Assembly (NCBI GenBank): GCA_002070375.1
Contig: MWDD01000008.1
Coordinates: 14,260-78,259, forward strand
Origin: a bacterium ADurb.Bin157
Lineage (GTDB): Bacteria; Muiribacteriota; Ozemobacteria; Ozemobacterales; Ozemobacteraceae
DNA length: 64,000 nucleotides
Direction: 5' to 3'
Shown here: positions 54,546 through 62,702 of the stretch, piece by piece
Layout: every line of letters starts with the position of its first letter
Numbering within the stretch: the first letter of the stretch is position 1
Translations under genes and position numbers: made by a program
Notes under the pieces: model-generated
What the model was told of the DNA's origin: nothing
What the model saw: the letters and a program-made list of their open reading frames with translations, nothing else
Database searches by the model: none

Positions 54546-54929
54546 TCATGCCCCCTTAGATGCTTTATCAAGCAATCTTTGAACTTCTTGAAGCATCAGA
54601 TCCGGTTTAATTGGTTTCTGCAAAAATGAGTTTGCACCCAAAGTCAAACCTTTCATAACCATCTCTTTTTTTCCTTCTGTGGTCAAAATGATAATTGGTA
54701 TATGCTTAAAGTTTTCGTTCGCTTTAACTTGTGCGATTAATTCAAAACCGTCCATGCCGGGCATGTTAAGGTCTGTAACAATCATATCAACTTCATTCTT
54801 CGACATCGCTTCGATAGCCTCAATGCCATTATTAGCCTCAAGGATCTTATATCCGGCCTTTTCAAGCGGGAAACAAGCTACTTTTCGCAACATCAAGGAG
54901 TCTTCAGCCACTAAAATTGTCTTGGCCAT
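54546..54929 (-). CDS. CheY-like single-domain response regulator
   Basis: ILVAEDS, MIVTDLNMPGMDG, IIILTTE and FLQKPI provide the full set of receiver active-site residues. The stop lies 1 nt before the HEAT-CheR ATG. Confidence 0.9.
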   Translation of the reverse strand: MAKTILVAEDSLMLRKVACFPLEKAGYKILEANNGIEAIEAMSKNEVDMIVTDLNMPGMDGFELIAQVKANENFKHIPIIILTTEGKKEMVMKGLTLGANSFLQKPIKPDLMLQEVQRLLDKASKGA

Positions 54930-55037
54930 TATTTAAAAGCCCTCCGCGTAAATTAATTCTCAGCTTACGATTATAATTAGAAACAAACAAAAATTGCAAA
55001 CTTTTTTTATTATTAAAGCCGAGAATAGAAAAAAGGC

Positions 55038-57125
55038 TTAAGAATTAAGTATATTATAAACTGAGTTTAATCGATTTTCAGTGTATTTATCGCTTTTATT
55101 CTTTAAGCCGTTTGCAACGGCTTCTCTTGCTAATTCCATGTTTCCTCTCTCGTAGTGATACAGAGAAATATATAGATTTGCACGCGCATTATTAGGGTCT
55201 TTTTCTAATACTTTTGTCAGAAGACTCAAACCGTGAGAATTTAAAGTTGCCGCATTCACAGGTTCGTCAGCAGCGCTCATAACCGATGCAACTGCCAAGA
55301 ATGTTCTGCCTATTTCCGACAAATCATTAATTTTCTCAAAGCACTTTGCGGCAGAAAAAAATGAACCTTGCCTCAAATAGTCTTCGCCGAGGATTCTGTA
55401 TGTTTCCGGAGTTCCCTTTGAGGAACCCGGCAAGGCCAACAATGAAGAGAAATTTGCGTCAGCATTTTTTTCTCCGTCCAAAATTATCCTCTCGCAGACG
55501 GCTTTAAGCATGGGATCTGTTAGCGAGGGCAGCAAAGCCTTTATTCGAGAAATTCCGTCGATCACGTTGCCTTGTGAATAATCAAGTAAACCCAAAACTA
55601 TTCCGCATCTTGAATCAGTCGGGTCAACTTTATAGGCGTATTGAGCATAATCACGCACTAAATTCGGTTTATAATCGACGGTAAGATAAAATCTGGCAAG
55701 ATTGAAGTAAGCTTCCGAGTTATTCGGATACGCTCTTGCGATTTGAGAAAGAGTTATTTCTGCACCTTTATAATCTCTGCTTTGCATTTGTGCGTCAGAA
55801 AGCAAACGCCCAATAATCGGGTCATCGGGGTATCTTATAAAAGCCGGTTTCAGCAAATTTGCCGCAACGGCAAAATGAGTTGCCCCTATTGCAACACCGG
55901 CCGCCATTCTTGCTTTTTCCACTTCATCTTTCACTTCAATTCCTTGATTATAAATGTCTAAAAAAGGTTGGTATGATTCAGGCGTCATAGAAGATTTTAG
56001 AGACATCAAATGATGCCCGAAGCCATTAAAATCAAGATTATAAACATATAAAAGACTTCTGAATATTCCGGTTTCTAAAACACCCCTTGAGTTACGTTTT
56101 TCGGTTGCTATTTTTTCGGCAACGGCCAAGCATTTCTCAGCTTCTTTCAAATTAGCTGATTCTACGTAGTATTTCGCCAATTCTAAGTTAAATACAAAAG
56201 AGTCTTTTTGCCCTTCGGCCAGACTTTCGAAGCTAACACTTGCAATATTTTGAGGTTCGGCTTTTTTTGGGTAATTATTTTTCTCATGATTATAAGCCGC
56301 AGCAATTGCATCTTGGGGGTGAATTTGTTTTTTTATCGAAGACGCGGGATAGTTTTTAAAAAAATCCTCTTCGTCTTCGGCCTGATATTCAACCGGCAAA
56401 ATAGAAGCCGGTATGGCGGGAATATGAATAAAGCCTTCAGGAGTCGGTGTAATTCTACGAGGCTCATCAGGTTCTTTCTTTACGGGAATTTCAGATTTTT
56501 TTTCAACTGTGGATGCCATTTTTTTTAAAGACGGAGTTTGTTGACTTTTCAAAGACTGTGTCTCTTGAGTTTTCACAAACGATTTCTCTTGGCTTTTCAC
56601 AGGAGATGTCTTCTGATTTTTTACAACAGGCAACGGCTTAATATTGACGGGTAAACTTTCAGGCTCATATTCCGACTCTTCAGTTTCTTCAGGTTCGGGT
56701 ATTGCAGTTAATTTTGCATGAATAAATCGGGCTCTTTCGTGCTCGGGTTGAACCTTCAATATCCAATCAATATGAGGACGCGCTTCATCTGTCATGCCCA
56801 TATTAATAAGCGATTCCGCATAAAACACTCGCGCGGTAATATTTCCGGGCGAGTTTTGCAGTATCATTTGAAATTGAGCTTGGCTCTCGGCAAAACGCTG
56901 TGTAAGAAAAAGAGATTGCCCGTATCTGAATCTTGATCGCAAATCAGACGGAGCAAGTTTCAAAGCTTGTGCAAACAAATCTGCGGCTTGTTCATATTTT
57001 TTTTCGCCAAAAGCTTGTTCGCCACTTTTAAACAAGCTTTCAAAGCCTGCTCCGGCATTACACACGATCGAGAGACACAAAAAAACGCCCAACAAGAACA
57101 GAACTTTTTTAATTTTGCAAAACAT
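55038..57125 (-). CDS. Secreted TPR-repeat protein with a central Lys/Ser/Gln/Pro low-complexity linker
   Basis: Signal peptide. TPR units at both ends (e.g. YEQAADLFAQALKLAPSD, AEITLSQIARAYPNNSEAYFNLARFY). Linker TSPVKSQEKSFVKTQETQSLKSQQTPSLKK. Confidence 0.75.
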   Translation of the reverse strand: MFCKIKKVLFLLGVFLCLSIVCNAGAGFESLFKSGEQAFGEKKYEQAADLFAQALKLAPSDLRSRFRYGQSLFLTQRFAESQAQFQMILQNSPGNITARVFYAESLINMGMTDEARPHIDWILKVQPEHERARFIHAKLTAIPEPEETEESEYEPESLPVNIKPLPVVKNQKTSPVKSQEKSFVKTQETQSLKSQQTPSLKKMASTVEKKSEIPVKKEPDEPRRITPTPEGFIHIPAIPASILPVEYQAEDEEDFFKNYPASSIKKQIHPQDAIAAAYNHEKNNYPKKAEPQNIASVSFESLAEGQKDSFVFNLELAKYYVESANLKEAEKCLAVAEKIATEKRNSRGVLETGIFRSLLYVYNLDFNGFGHHLMSLKSSMTPESYQPFLDIYNQGIEVKDEVEKARMAAGVAIGATHFAVAANLLKPAFIRYPDDPIIGRLLSDAQMQSRDYKGAEITLSQIARAYPNNSEAYFNLARFYLTVDYKPNLVRDYAQYAYKVDPTDSRCGIVLGLLDYSQGNVIDGISRIKALLPSLTDPMLKAVCERIILDGEKNADANFSSLLALPGSSKGTPETYRILGEDYLRQGSFFSAAKCFEKINDLSEIGRTFLAVASVMSAADEPVNAATLNSHGLSLLTKVLEKDPNNARANLYISLYHYERGNMELAREAVANGLKNKSDKYTENRLNSVYNILNS

Positions 57126-57181
57126 TGCCGCCTCCGAAAAATTTATTCTTTAGAAATAAATCGGCAGAAGCGGGAACAAAA

Positions 57182-58531
57182 TTAACGTGCTATCAACTCA
57201 ACATTATCAAACCAAACTGATCCTTTGGCTCCGGGGCCGGCTTGAAAAAATATTCTCAAGTATGCGTAATGATTTTTTAATAATATTTTTTTATTACTGT
57301 TTTTCAGTTGTATTTCGTAAGATTTCCATTCAGAAGACACAAGATTAAATTCTTTAACCCACAAGCGGTCTCTTAATTTATGATCTTTATCGTAAAACTC
57401 AATGCCTATTGCCGCCTTCTGCTTGCCATCCGAAGATTTACACCAAGCCTTAAACATCAAATCAGACTTTTCATTTACCGCAATGTATTCAGAATAAATC
57501 TTTGGTATTGTAAACCTGTCTAACGGGTAGTTTTCTAACGATTGTTTGCCTGATTTAGCCTGCGTCTGAGACAGTCTGAAATTACCTTTTTCGATACTCC
57601 AACCGGCAATCTTACCCTTACCTGGAACTGCATCTTCGAAATCCGGGTTTTTAATTAAATTCGCGGCAGCCTTTTTAGCGGCTTTTTGAGCTTCTGCCTT
57701 TTCTGCCTTTTCTACAAGCACTTGCGGTTTTGTATTGGTAAAGGTTTCAGAATAAGGCGTATTCATTTTGGTTAAATTAGTTTTGGCATTCTGAATTCTT
57801 TGAGCTGATGGCGGGTGCGAACTTAAATACTGCGCTATTCCTTTAGTGTCGCCGTATTTCTTTAAAAACTTTTCCCATAATGTCACTTGCGCTGACGGGT
57901 TATAGCCCGCTGCCAGCATTTTAGTCTGCCCAATATCGTCGGCTTCGTCTTCTTGGGTTCTCGAAAACTTCATCAAAGTCAAATAGCTCAAGACCGTTCC
58001 CCAAGATTCCCGGTCTTTAGGATTTTTCACCGCTCTTTTCAAAATTTCGACCATCGCCGTTGATAATCTGAAATTTTTAAGGGAATGGCGCATCTGTGCG
58101 TGTGCCAATTCGTGTGATATTACTGCTGCAAGCTCGTCGTCAGAAGTCACCATATCAAGCATGCCCGTATAAATGTATACGTGACCGCCCGGAATAACAA
58201 AAGCATTAGCTGTGTTATCTCTTAAAACCTGTATGGTAAATTTCATTCCGTGGTTTTTAAAATTTGGTGTTATTTTGTCGAATATGCCTTTAACATAAGC
58301 GTTTATCGCTTTATCTTTTTCGGGTTTGCTCGTCAGACCTTGCCAAAACTGCAATTCTTTCCCCAGACGTTTTTCGGCATTTACGTCACCGGTTAGCCAA
58401 AGAAGCATGTTAACTTCTTGATAAGTTTGGTAAGCATTTAAAAGTTGCGAAAAGAAGTTTTTACTGCTCGCACTTGCCGAAGCCGTTACAAAAGCCAAAA
58501 TCAGCAACACCAACAATATTTTTTTAAGCAT
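57182..58531 (-). CDS. M48 family Zn-metallopeptidase fused to a CBM4/9-like C-terminal domain
   Basis: HELAHAQMRH and the distal E in QEDEADDIG. The C-terminal NPDFEDAV...GWSIEKGNF...VWFDNVELI resembles carbohydrate-binding module 4_9. Confidence 0.8.
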   Translation of the reverse strand: MLKKILLVLLILAFVTASASASSKNFFSQLLNAYQTYQEVNMLLWLTGDVNAEKRLGKELQFWQGLTSKPEKDKAINAYVKGIFDKITPNFKNHGMKFTIQVLRDNTANAFVIPGGHVYIYTGMLDMVTSDDELAAVISHELAHAQMRHSLKNFRLSTAMVEILKRAVKNPKDRESWGTVLSYLTLMKFSRTQEDEADDIGQTKMLAAGYNPSAQVTLWEKFLKKYGDTKGIAQYLSSHPPSAQRIQNAKTNLTKMNTPYSETFTNTKPQVLVEKAEKAEAQKAAKKAAANLIKNPDFEDAVPGKGKIAGWSIEKGNFRLSQTQAKSGKQSLENYPLDRFTIPKIYSEYIAVNEKSDLMFKAWCKSSDGKQKAAIGIEFYDKDHKLRDRLWVKEFNLVSSEWKSYEIQLKNSNKKILLKNHYAYLRIFFQAGPGAKGSVWFDNVELIAR

Positions 58532-58533
58532 AA

Positions 58534-59070
58534 TTAGCCTGCTGTGCCTCCGCTCACTTTTATTATTTTACCTTCATCAAGCTCAAACGCATCTATTTTA
58601 GGTTTTGCCAATTCTTCTTCATCAGTGTGTCTTATAAAAATTCTTGTTTTATTCAGATATTTTTTAATAACTGCCTGACCGCCAGAAAAACCGCTTTCCT
58701 CCCATATTTGTTCGTATATTCCGTCGCTGTGACGCAACAAAGCAAATTCTTTGTAATCACCCGAGCCGCCTAGCGCCATTTGCACCAAAAGCTCAGGCAT
58801 TCCGTCTCCGTCGAGGTCTTGCTCATACACTTTTTCGATGTAACGGCCTTCTGAGTCAAACAAAACCAAGTCTTTTCCTGCACGGCTTCTGATTATTTTA
58901 TCAAAACTTGCCATTAAACCCTCAATTTTAGTTCGCTCTATATAAAAGCGCCCCAAACGACTTACGGAAATATCTTCGACAGTTACGTTTTTATCGCCTT
59001 CTTTAGCAAATAATGTATCGCCGACAAAAAGTAGCAACAGCAAAAAAACTGCTATAATTTTTCTGTTCAT
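58534..59070 (-). CDS. Hypothetical secreted protein with an FG-GAP-like DLDGDGMPELLV motif
   Basis: I prefer Met at 59070 (MNRKIIAVFLLLLLFVGDTLFA signal peptide). The track start at 59172 would overlap the upstream gene by 95 nt. Confidence 0.55.
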   Translation of the reverse strand: MNRKIIAVFLLLLLFVGDTLFAKEGDKNVTVEDISVSRLGRFYIERTKIEGLMASFDKIIRSRAGKDLVLFDSEGRYIEKVYEQDLDGDGMPELLVQMALGGSGDYKEFALLRHSDGIYEQIWEESGFSGGQAVIKKYLNKTRIFIRHTDEEELAKPKIDAFELDEGKIIKVSGGTAG

Positions 59071-59077
59071 AATATGT

Positions 59078-60319
59078 TTATCTGCCCAAACCCTTTCTGT
59101 TTGCATAACAACTCTGCGCATAAGCGTCAACATCTCTTTGTCCCATTCTGTTGGCAACATAAGTCCTCTCATCGGAAGTCAGCTCAAGCCCGAGGCACAT
59201 TTTAAGCTTAATGCCATAACCTTGAACCGAAGAGCCGCTTGCCTTGAACTCGCCCCAATTCCCTGCCAATTTTGAAGAATAGGGCCCCATGTTGTAAGCA
59301 CAAGCGCCCATAACAATTTTATCAATTCCCGTTTTGTTTTTAAAGTTTTTACTGTTAAAAATTTCTTTGAAAAACTTTACCCCGCCCAAAACATTTTGCT
59401 GCGGATTTGTCGCATCCACACCCAAACCTGAAGCTGTTTTTGGCATAAGCTGCATGAATCCCTGGGCCCCACAACTGCTTGTAGTAATTTTTCCGCCGGA
59501 GTTTTGATGAATACCGCTGCTTTCAATAAAAATTATAGACATTATATAATCTCGTGGGGTAACACGTTCACCGTATTTATTTATTAAATCTTGCGGGAAA
59601 CCCCAGTCGGAAGAATACCGGTTCAAGGCATCCGAAACCCAAGATTCGAAAGCGGGCGAATTTGTGGTTACGGAAGAACCACCGTAAGAAGGCTGAGATT
59701 TTGGAGCCGGCGCGTTTCCCACAAAGCTTGAAGCGCCTGAAATACCGGCATCGGCATAAGATGATTGTGGTGACGAAGCAGGAAAAGAAGAATCAGAAGA
59801 TGAAACTACCGTAGTCTCCCCGGCGGCAAAATCGGAATAAGCGATTCCTTCCTTTTGCGGAAGATAGCCGCCTGAAGCGGTGTTTCCGGGGTAGTAGGGA
59901 GCTACGCCGGTAGCCGGAGACTTAGGCGTATTAATATAATTCCTGTGCATGTAGCCCTCAACTCCGTTTATTATTACTGTATAAAACTCACCGGATTCAC
60001 CGGTAACAGTGAGCTTTGTTCCTGAGGGGTAGCTTCCCCCCACCATGCCCCATGGCCAGGATCTTAATCTTAGTGATGAACAGCCGACTATTGTTCCGTT
60101 TACGGGGTACCCATCTTTTTTTATTTTTTCTTCTTCAATTTGTTCTTCAATCAGCTCAACCGTTTCGGCATCAACAATTGTTGTTTTTGAAACATCCGCA
60201 CTTGATTCCGTAACCAATACCGTACTAACAGAAAAAGGAGTAGTTTCGGCACTCAATGAGGTTGTCAAGAATGTTCCCAATAATATGGTCAACACACAAA
60301 ATAAAGCCCCCTTATTCAT
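59078..60319 (-). CDS. Secreted SH3b-domain lytic transglycosylase (SLT domain)
   Basis: SH3b LRLRSWPWGMVGGSYPSGTKLTVTGESGEFYTVIINGVEGYMHRNYI. SLT motifs IFIESSG...GAQGFMQLMPKTA...AYNMGP. AGGAG RBS before ATG at 60319 (track start 60346). Confidence 0.8.
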   Translation of the reverse strand: MNKGALFCVLTILLGTFLTTSLSAETTPFSVSTVLVTESSADVSKTTIVDAETVELIEEQIEEEKIKKDGYPVNGTIVGCSSLRLRSWPWGMVGGSYPSGTKLTVTGESGEFYTVIINGVEGYMHRNYINTPKSPATGVAPYYPGNTASGGYLPQKEGIAYSDFAAGETTVVSSSDSSFPASSPQSSYADAGISGASSFVGNAPAPKSQPSYGGSSVTTNSPAFESWVSDALNRYSSDWGFPQDLINKYGERVTPRDYIMSIIFIESSGIHQNSGGKITTSSCGAQGFMQLMPKTASGLGVDATNPQQNVLGGVKFFKEIFNSKNFKNKTGIDKIVMGACAYNMGPYSSKLAGNWGEFKASGSSVQGYGIKLKMCLGLELTSDERTYVANRMGQRDVDAYAQSCYANRKGLGR

Positions 60320-60492
60320 CACGACACTCCTTTTTATAGGCCTCAAGTCTTCATCTTTTATAATTCTATCATATATTTACCAAATCGTCTAAGTACCGCT
60401 TATCTCGATGGCAAATATTTTTGTTTGATTATGCTTGATAATTGCCGATAAAACCTTGTATTATAAGTATATAAATAGCGGAGGCAATGTAT

Positions 60493-60924
60493 ATGAAGAT
60501 TTACGCCGGTTCGGACCATGCGGGTTTAGCATTGAAACAGTCACTTATAAAGTATTTAACCCAAAAAGGTCATGAAGTCACAGACTTAGGTACACATGTC
60601 ACCGACTCTTGCGATTACCCGGACTACGCACATGCTGTTGCCGCCAAAGTCTTGTCTGACCCTGATTCTAAAGGCATTTTAACTTGCGGGTCCGGCATAG
60701 GTATTTCGATTGCAGCAAATCGACATCCCGGAATTCGCGCTGCTTTATGTCACAACTCACTTGAAGCGACCCTTTCAAGAAAACATAACAATGCAAACAT
60801 TTTGGTATTAGGCGGTCGCATAATAGGCGAAGTATTAGCAGAGGATATTGCCGACAAATTCTTCTCAACAGATTTTGAAGGCGGCAGGCATCAGAATCGC
60901 ATAGAAAAAATCGAAATAAAATAA
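60493..60924 (+). CDS. rpiB: Ribose-5-phosphate isomerase B
   Basis: MKIYAGSDHAGLALK, CGSGIGISIAANR and NANILVLGGR. GGAGG lies 8 nt before ATG at 60493 (track start 60487). Confidence 0.92.
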   Translation: MKIYAGSDHAGLALKQSLIKYLTQKGHEVTDLGTHVTDSCDYPDYAHAVAAKVLSDPDSKGILTCGSGIGISIAANRHPGIRAALCHNSLEATLSRKHNNANILVLGGRIIGEVLAEDIADKFFSTDFEGGRHQNRIEKIEIK

Positions 60925-60940
60925 AAGGGCTTAATTATAG

Positions 60941-61438
60941 ATGACAAAAGCAAAAAAAGAAGTGGAAGTTCTTGAGAGTCCGTTTAACCGCCCCGACTGG
61001 GACACATATTTTTTAAGGATAGCAAAACTTGTTGCCCAAAGGTCCACCTGCATGAGAAGACATGTCGGAGCCGTTATTATCAGAGAAAACCGAATATTGG
61101 CCACAGGCTATAACGGTGCCCCTAATGGTATCACGCACTGTTTTCAGCGTAAAGACGGCTGTTTAAGAGAATCCCTAAAGATTCCTTCCGGTCAGCGCCA
61201 AGAATTATGCCGCGGTTTACATGCCGAACAAAACGCAATTTTGCAGGCTTCCGCGTTTGGCGTTTCATTAAAGAATTCAGAGATATATGTAACTCACCAG
61301 CCCTGCGTGACCTGCGCTAAAATGATAATTAACGCAGGAATAAAACGGGTTGTGTTTTTAGGCGAATATCCCGATGAATTGTCAATAGAAATGCTTAATG
61401 AATGCGGAATTTCATATGAAAGAATTGAGATAGATTAA
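60941..61438 (+). CDS. dCMP deaminase (ComEB/cytidine-deoxycytidylate deaminase family)
   Basis: Zinc motifs HAEQNAI and PCVTCAKMI. Confidence 0.9.
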   Translation: MTKAKKEVEVLESPFNRPDWDTYFLRIAKLVAQRSTCMRRHVGAVIIRENRILATGYNGAPNGITHCFQRKDGCLRESLKIPSGQRQELCRGLHAEQNAILQASAFGVSLKNSEIYVTHQPCVTCAKMIINAGIKRVVFLGEYPDELSIEMLNECGISYERIEID

Positions 61439-61442
61439 CGTC

Positions 61443-62696
61443 ATGGACAAAATCATCATTGAAGGCGGTCATCCCCTTAGCGGCTCTATTAAGGTTAATG
61501 GCGCAAAAAATGCGGCTTTGCCTATTATGGCAGGCGTCATACTAAGCTCCGACCCCGTAAAGTTAACCAATGTTCCTGCTCTTGACGACGTTGTTACGAT
61601 GGCGAATGTATTAAAGGCTATCGGCGTTGAATCTGAGTTTGACGGCAACCACACCTACAAATTCAACCCATCGGGAACAATAACCGAAGAAGCTCCTTAC
61701 GAGTTGGTAAAAACAATGCGTGCCAGTTTTTTTGTTATGGGTCCTTTGCTTGCCCGTCTAAAAAAAGCGCGAGTTCCGCTACCCGGCGGCTGCGCTATTG
61801 GCGTAAGGCCTGTTAATATCCACTTAAAGGGGTTTGAAGCTCTCGGAGCCAAGGTTTCCATTGACGGCGGTTGCGCCGTAGCAACGGCAGACAAGCTCGT
61901 TGGCAGCAGCATTATACTTGATTTTCCCTCGGTCGGGGCAACAGAAAACCTCATGATGGCAGCCTCTTTGGCGGAAGGCAAAACCGTCATGGAAAACTGC
62001 GCCCAAGAACCCGAAATCGTCGATTTAGCTAAGTTTCTTAACAGAATGGGCGCAAAAATTGAAGGTGCCGGCAGCCCCACAATAACCATAAACGGAGTAG
62101 AAAAACTTGGCGGCGGAACCTACGCTATAATGCCCGACAGAGTTGAAGCAGGAACATTTGCCATACTGGGAGCCATGACAAAAGGCAGCATAAGCATCGA
62201 AAACTGTGAACCGAATCATATTATGGCGCTAATAAACAAATTGCGCGAAATGGGCGCCGAAGTATCTATATTTGAGAATTCTTTAACGGTCAAAGCCACA
62301 AAAGCCCTAAAGGCAATAGAGGCAAAAACCCTGCCTTATCCCGGTTTTGCAACCGACATGCAAGCTCAACTGATGGCTGCCCTTTGCTTGGCCGAAGGCA
62401 GTTCAACAATTACTGAAACTATTTTTGAAAACAGATTTATGCATGTTTCAGAACTTGCAAGAATGGGTGCTAATATTACGATACACGACCGAAGCGCCGT
62501 TATACACGGCGTCAAATCGCTAAAAGGAGCTCCGGTTTCGGCAACAGACCTGAGAGCAGGCGCCGCAATGGTTCTTGCAGGTCTTGTTGCTCAAGGCACA
62601 ACAGAAATAAATCAAGTGTTTCACATTGACAGAGGTTATGAAGATTTAGTCGGGCGCATCAGAGAACTTGGCGCAAACATACGTCGCGAGGAGTAA
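61443..62696 (+). CDS. murA: UDP-N-acetylglucosamine 1-carboxyvinyltransferase
   Basis: MDKIIIEGGHPLSGSIKVNGAKNAALPI, active-site loop LPGGCAIGVRPVNIHL, and the C-terminal HIDRGYEDL. Confidence 0.96.
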   Translation: MDKIIIEGGHPLSGSIKVNGAKNAALPIMAGVILSSDPVKLTNVPALDDVVTMANVLKAIGVESEFDGNHTYKFNPSGTITEEAPYELVKTMRASFFVMGPLLARLKKARVPLPGGCAIGVRPVNIHLKGFEALGAKVSIDGGCAVATADKLVGSSIILDFPSVGATENLMMAASLAEGKTVMENCAQEPEIVDLAKFLNRMGAKIEGAGSPTITINGVEKLGGGTYAIMPDRVEAGTFAILGAMTKGSISIENCEPNHIMALINKLREMGAEVSIFENSLTVKATKALKAIEAKTLPYPGFATDMQAQLMAALCLAEGSSTITETIFENRFMHVSELARMGANITIHDRSAVIHGVKSLKGAPVSATDLRAGAAMVLAGLVAQGTTEINQVFHIDRGYEDLVGRIRELGANIRREE

Positions 62697-62702
62697 TGAT
62701 AG

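Noticed and set aside
51602-54629. Series of plus-strand ORFs of 66-181 aa (for example 52149-52646, 52707-53252, 53271-53639, 53724-54044, 54288-54629) opposite the HEAT-CheR gene
   Set aside because: These are shadow ORFs in an AT-rich gene. Their translations are low-complexity Ser/Phe/Ile-rich, whereas the minus-strand frame gives a continuous 1030-aa protein with clear HEAT and CheR motifs.
60444-60451. GCCGATAA (perfect sigma28 -10) upstream of rpiB
   Set aside because: There is no TAAA-like -35 at 14-16 nt upstream (the sequence there is TTGA/TTAT). The hexamers TTGATA and TATTAT nearby fit a sigma70 promoter better. rpiB is not an expected sigma28 target.
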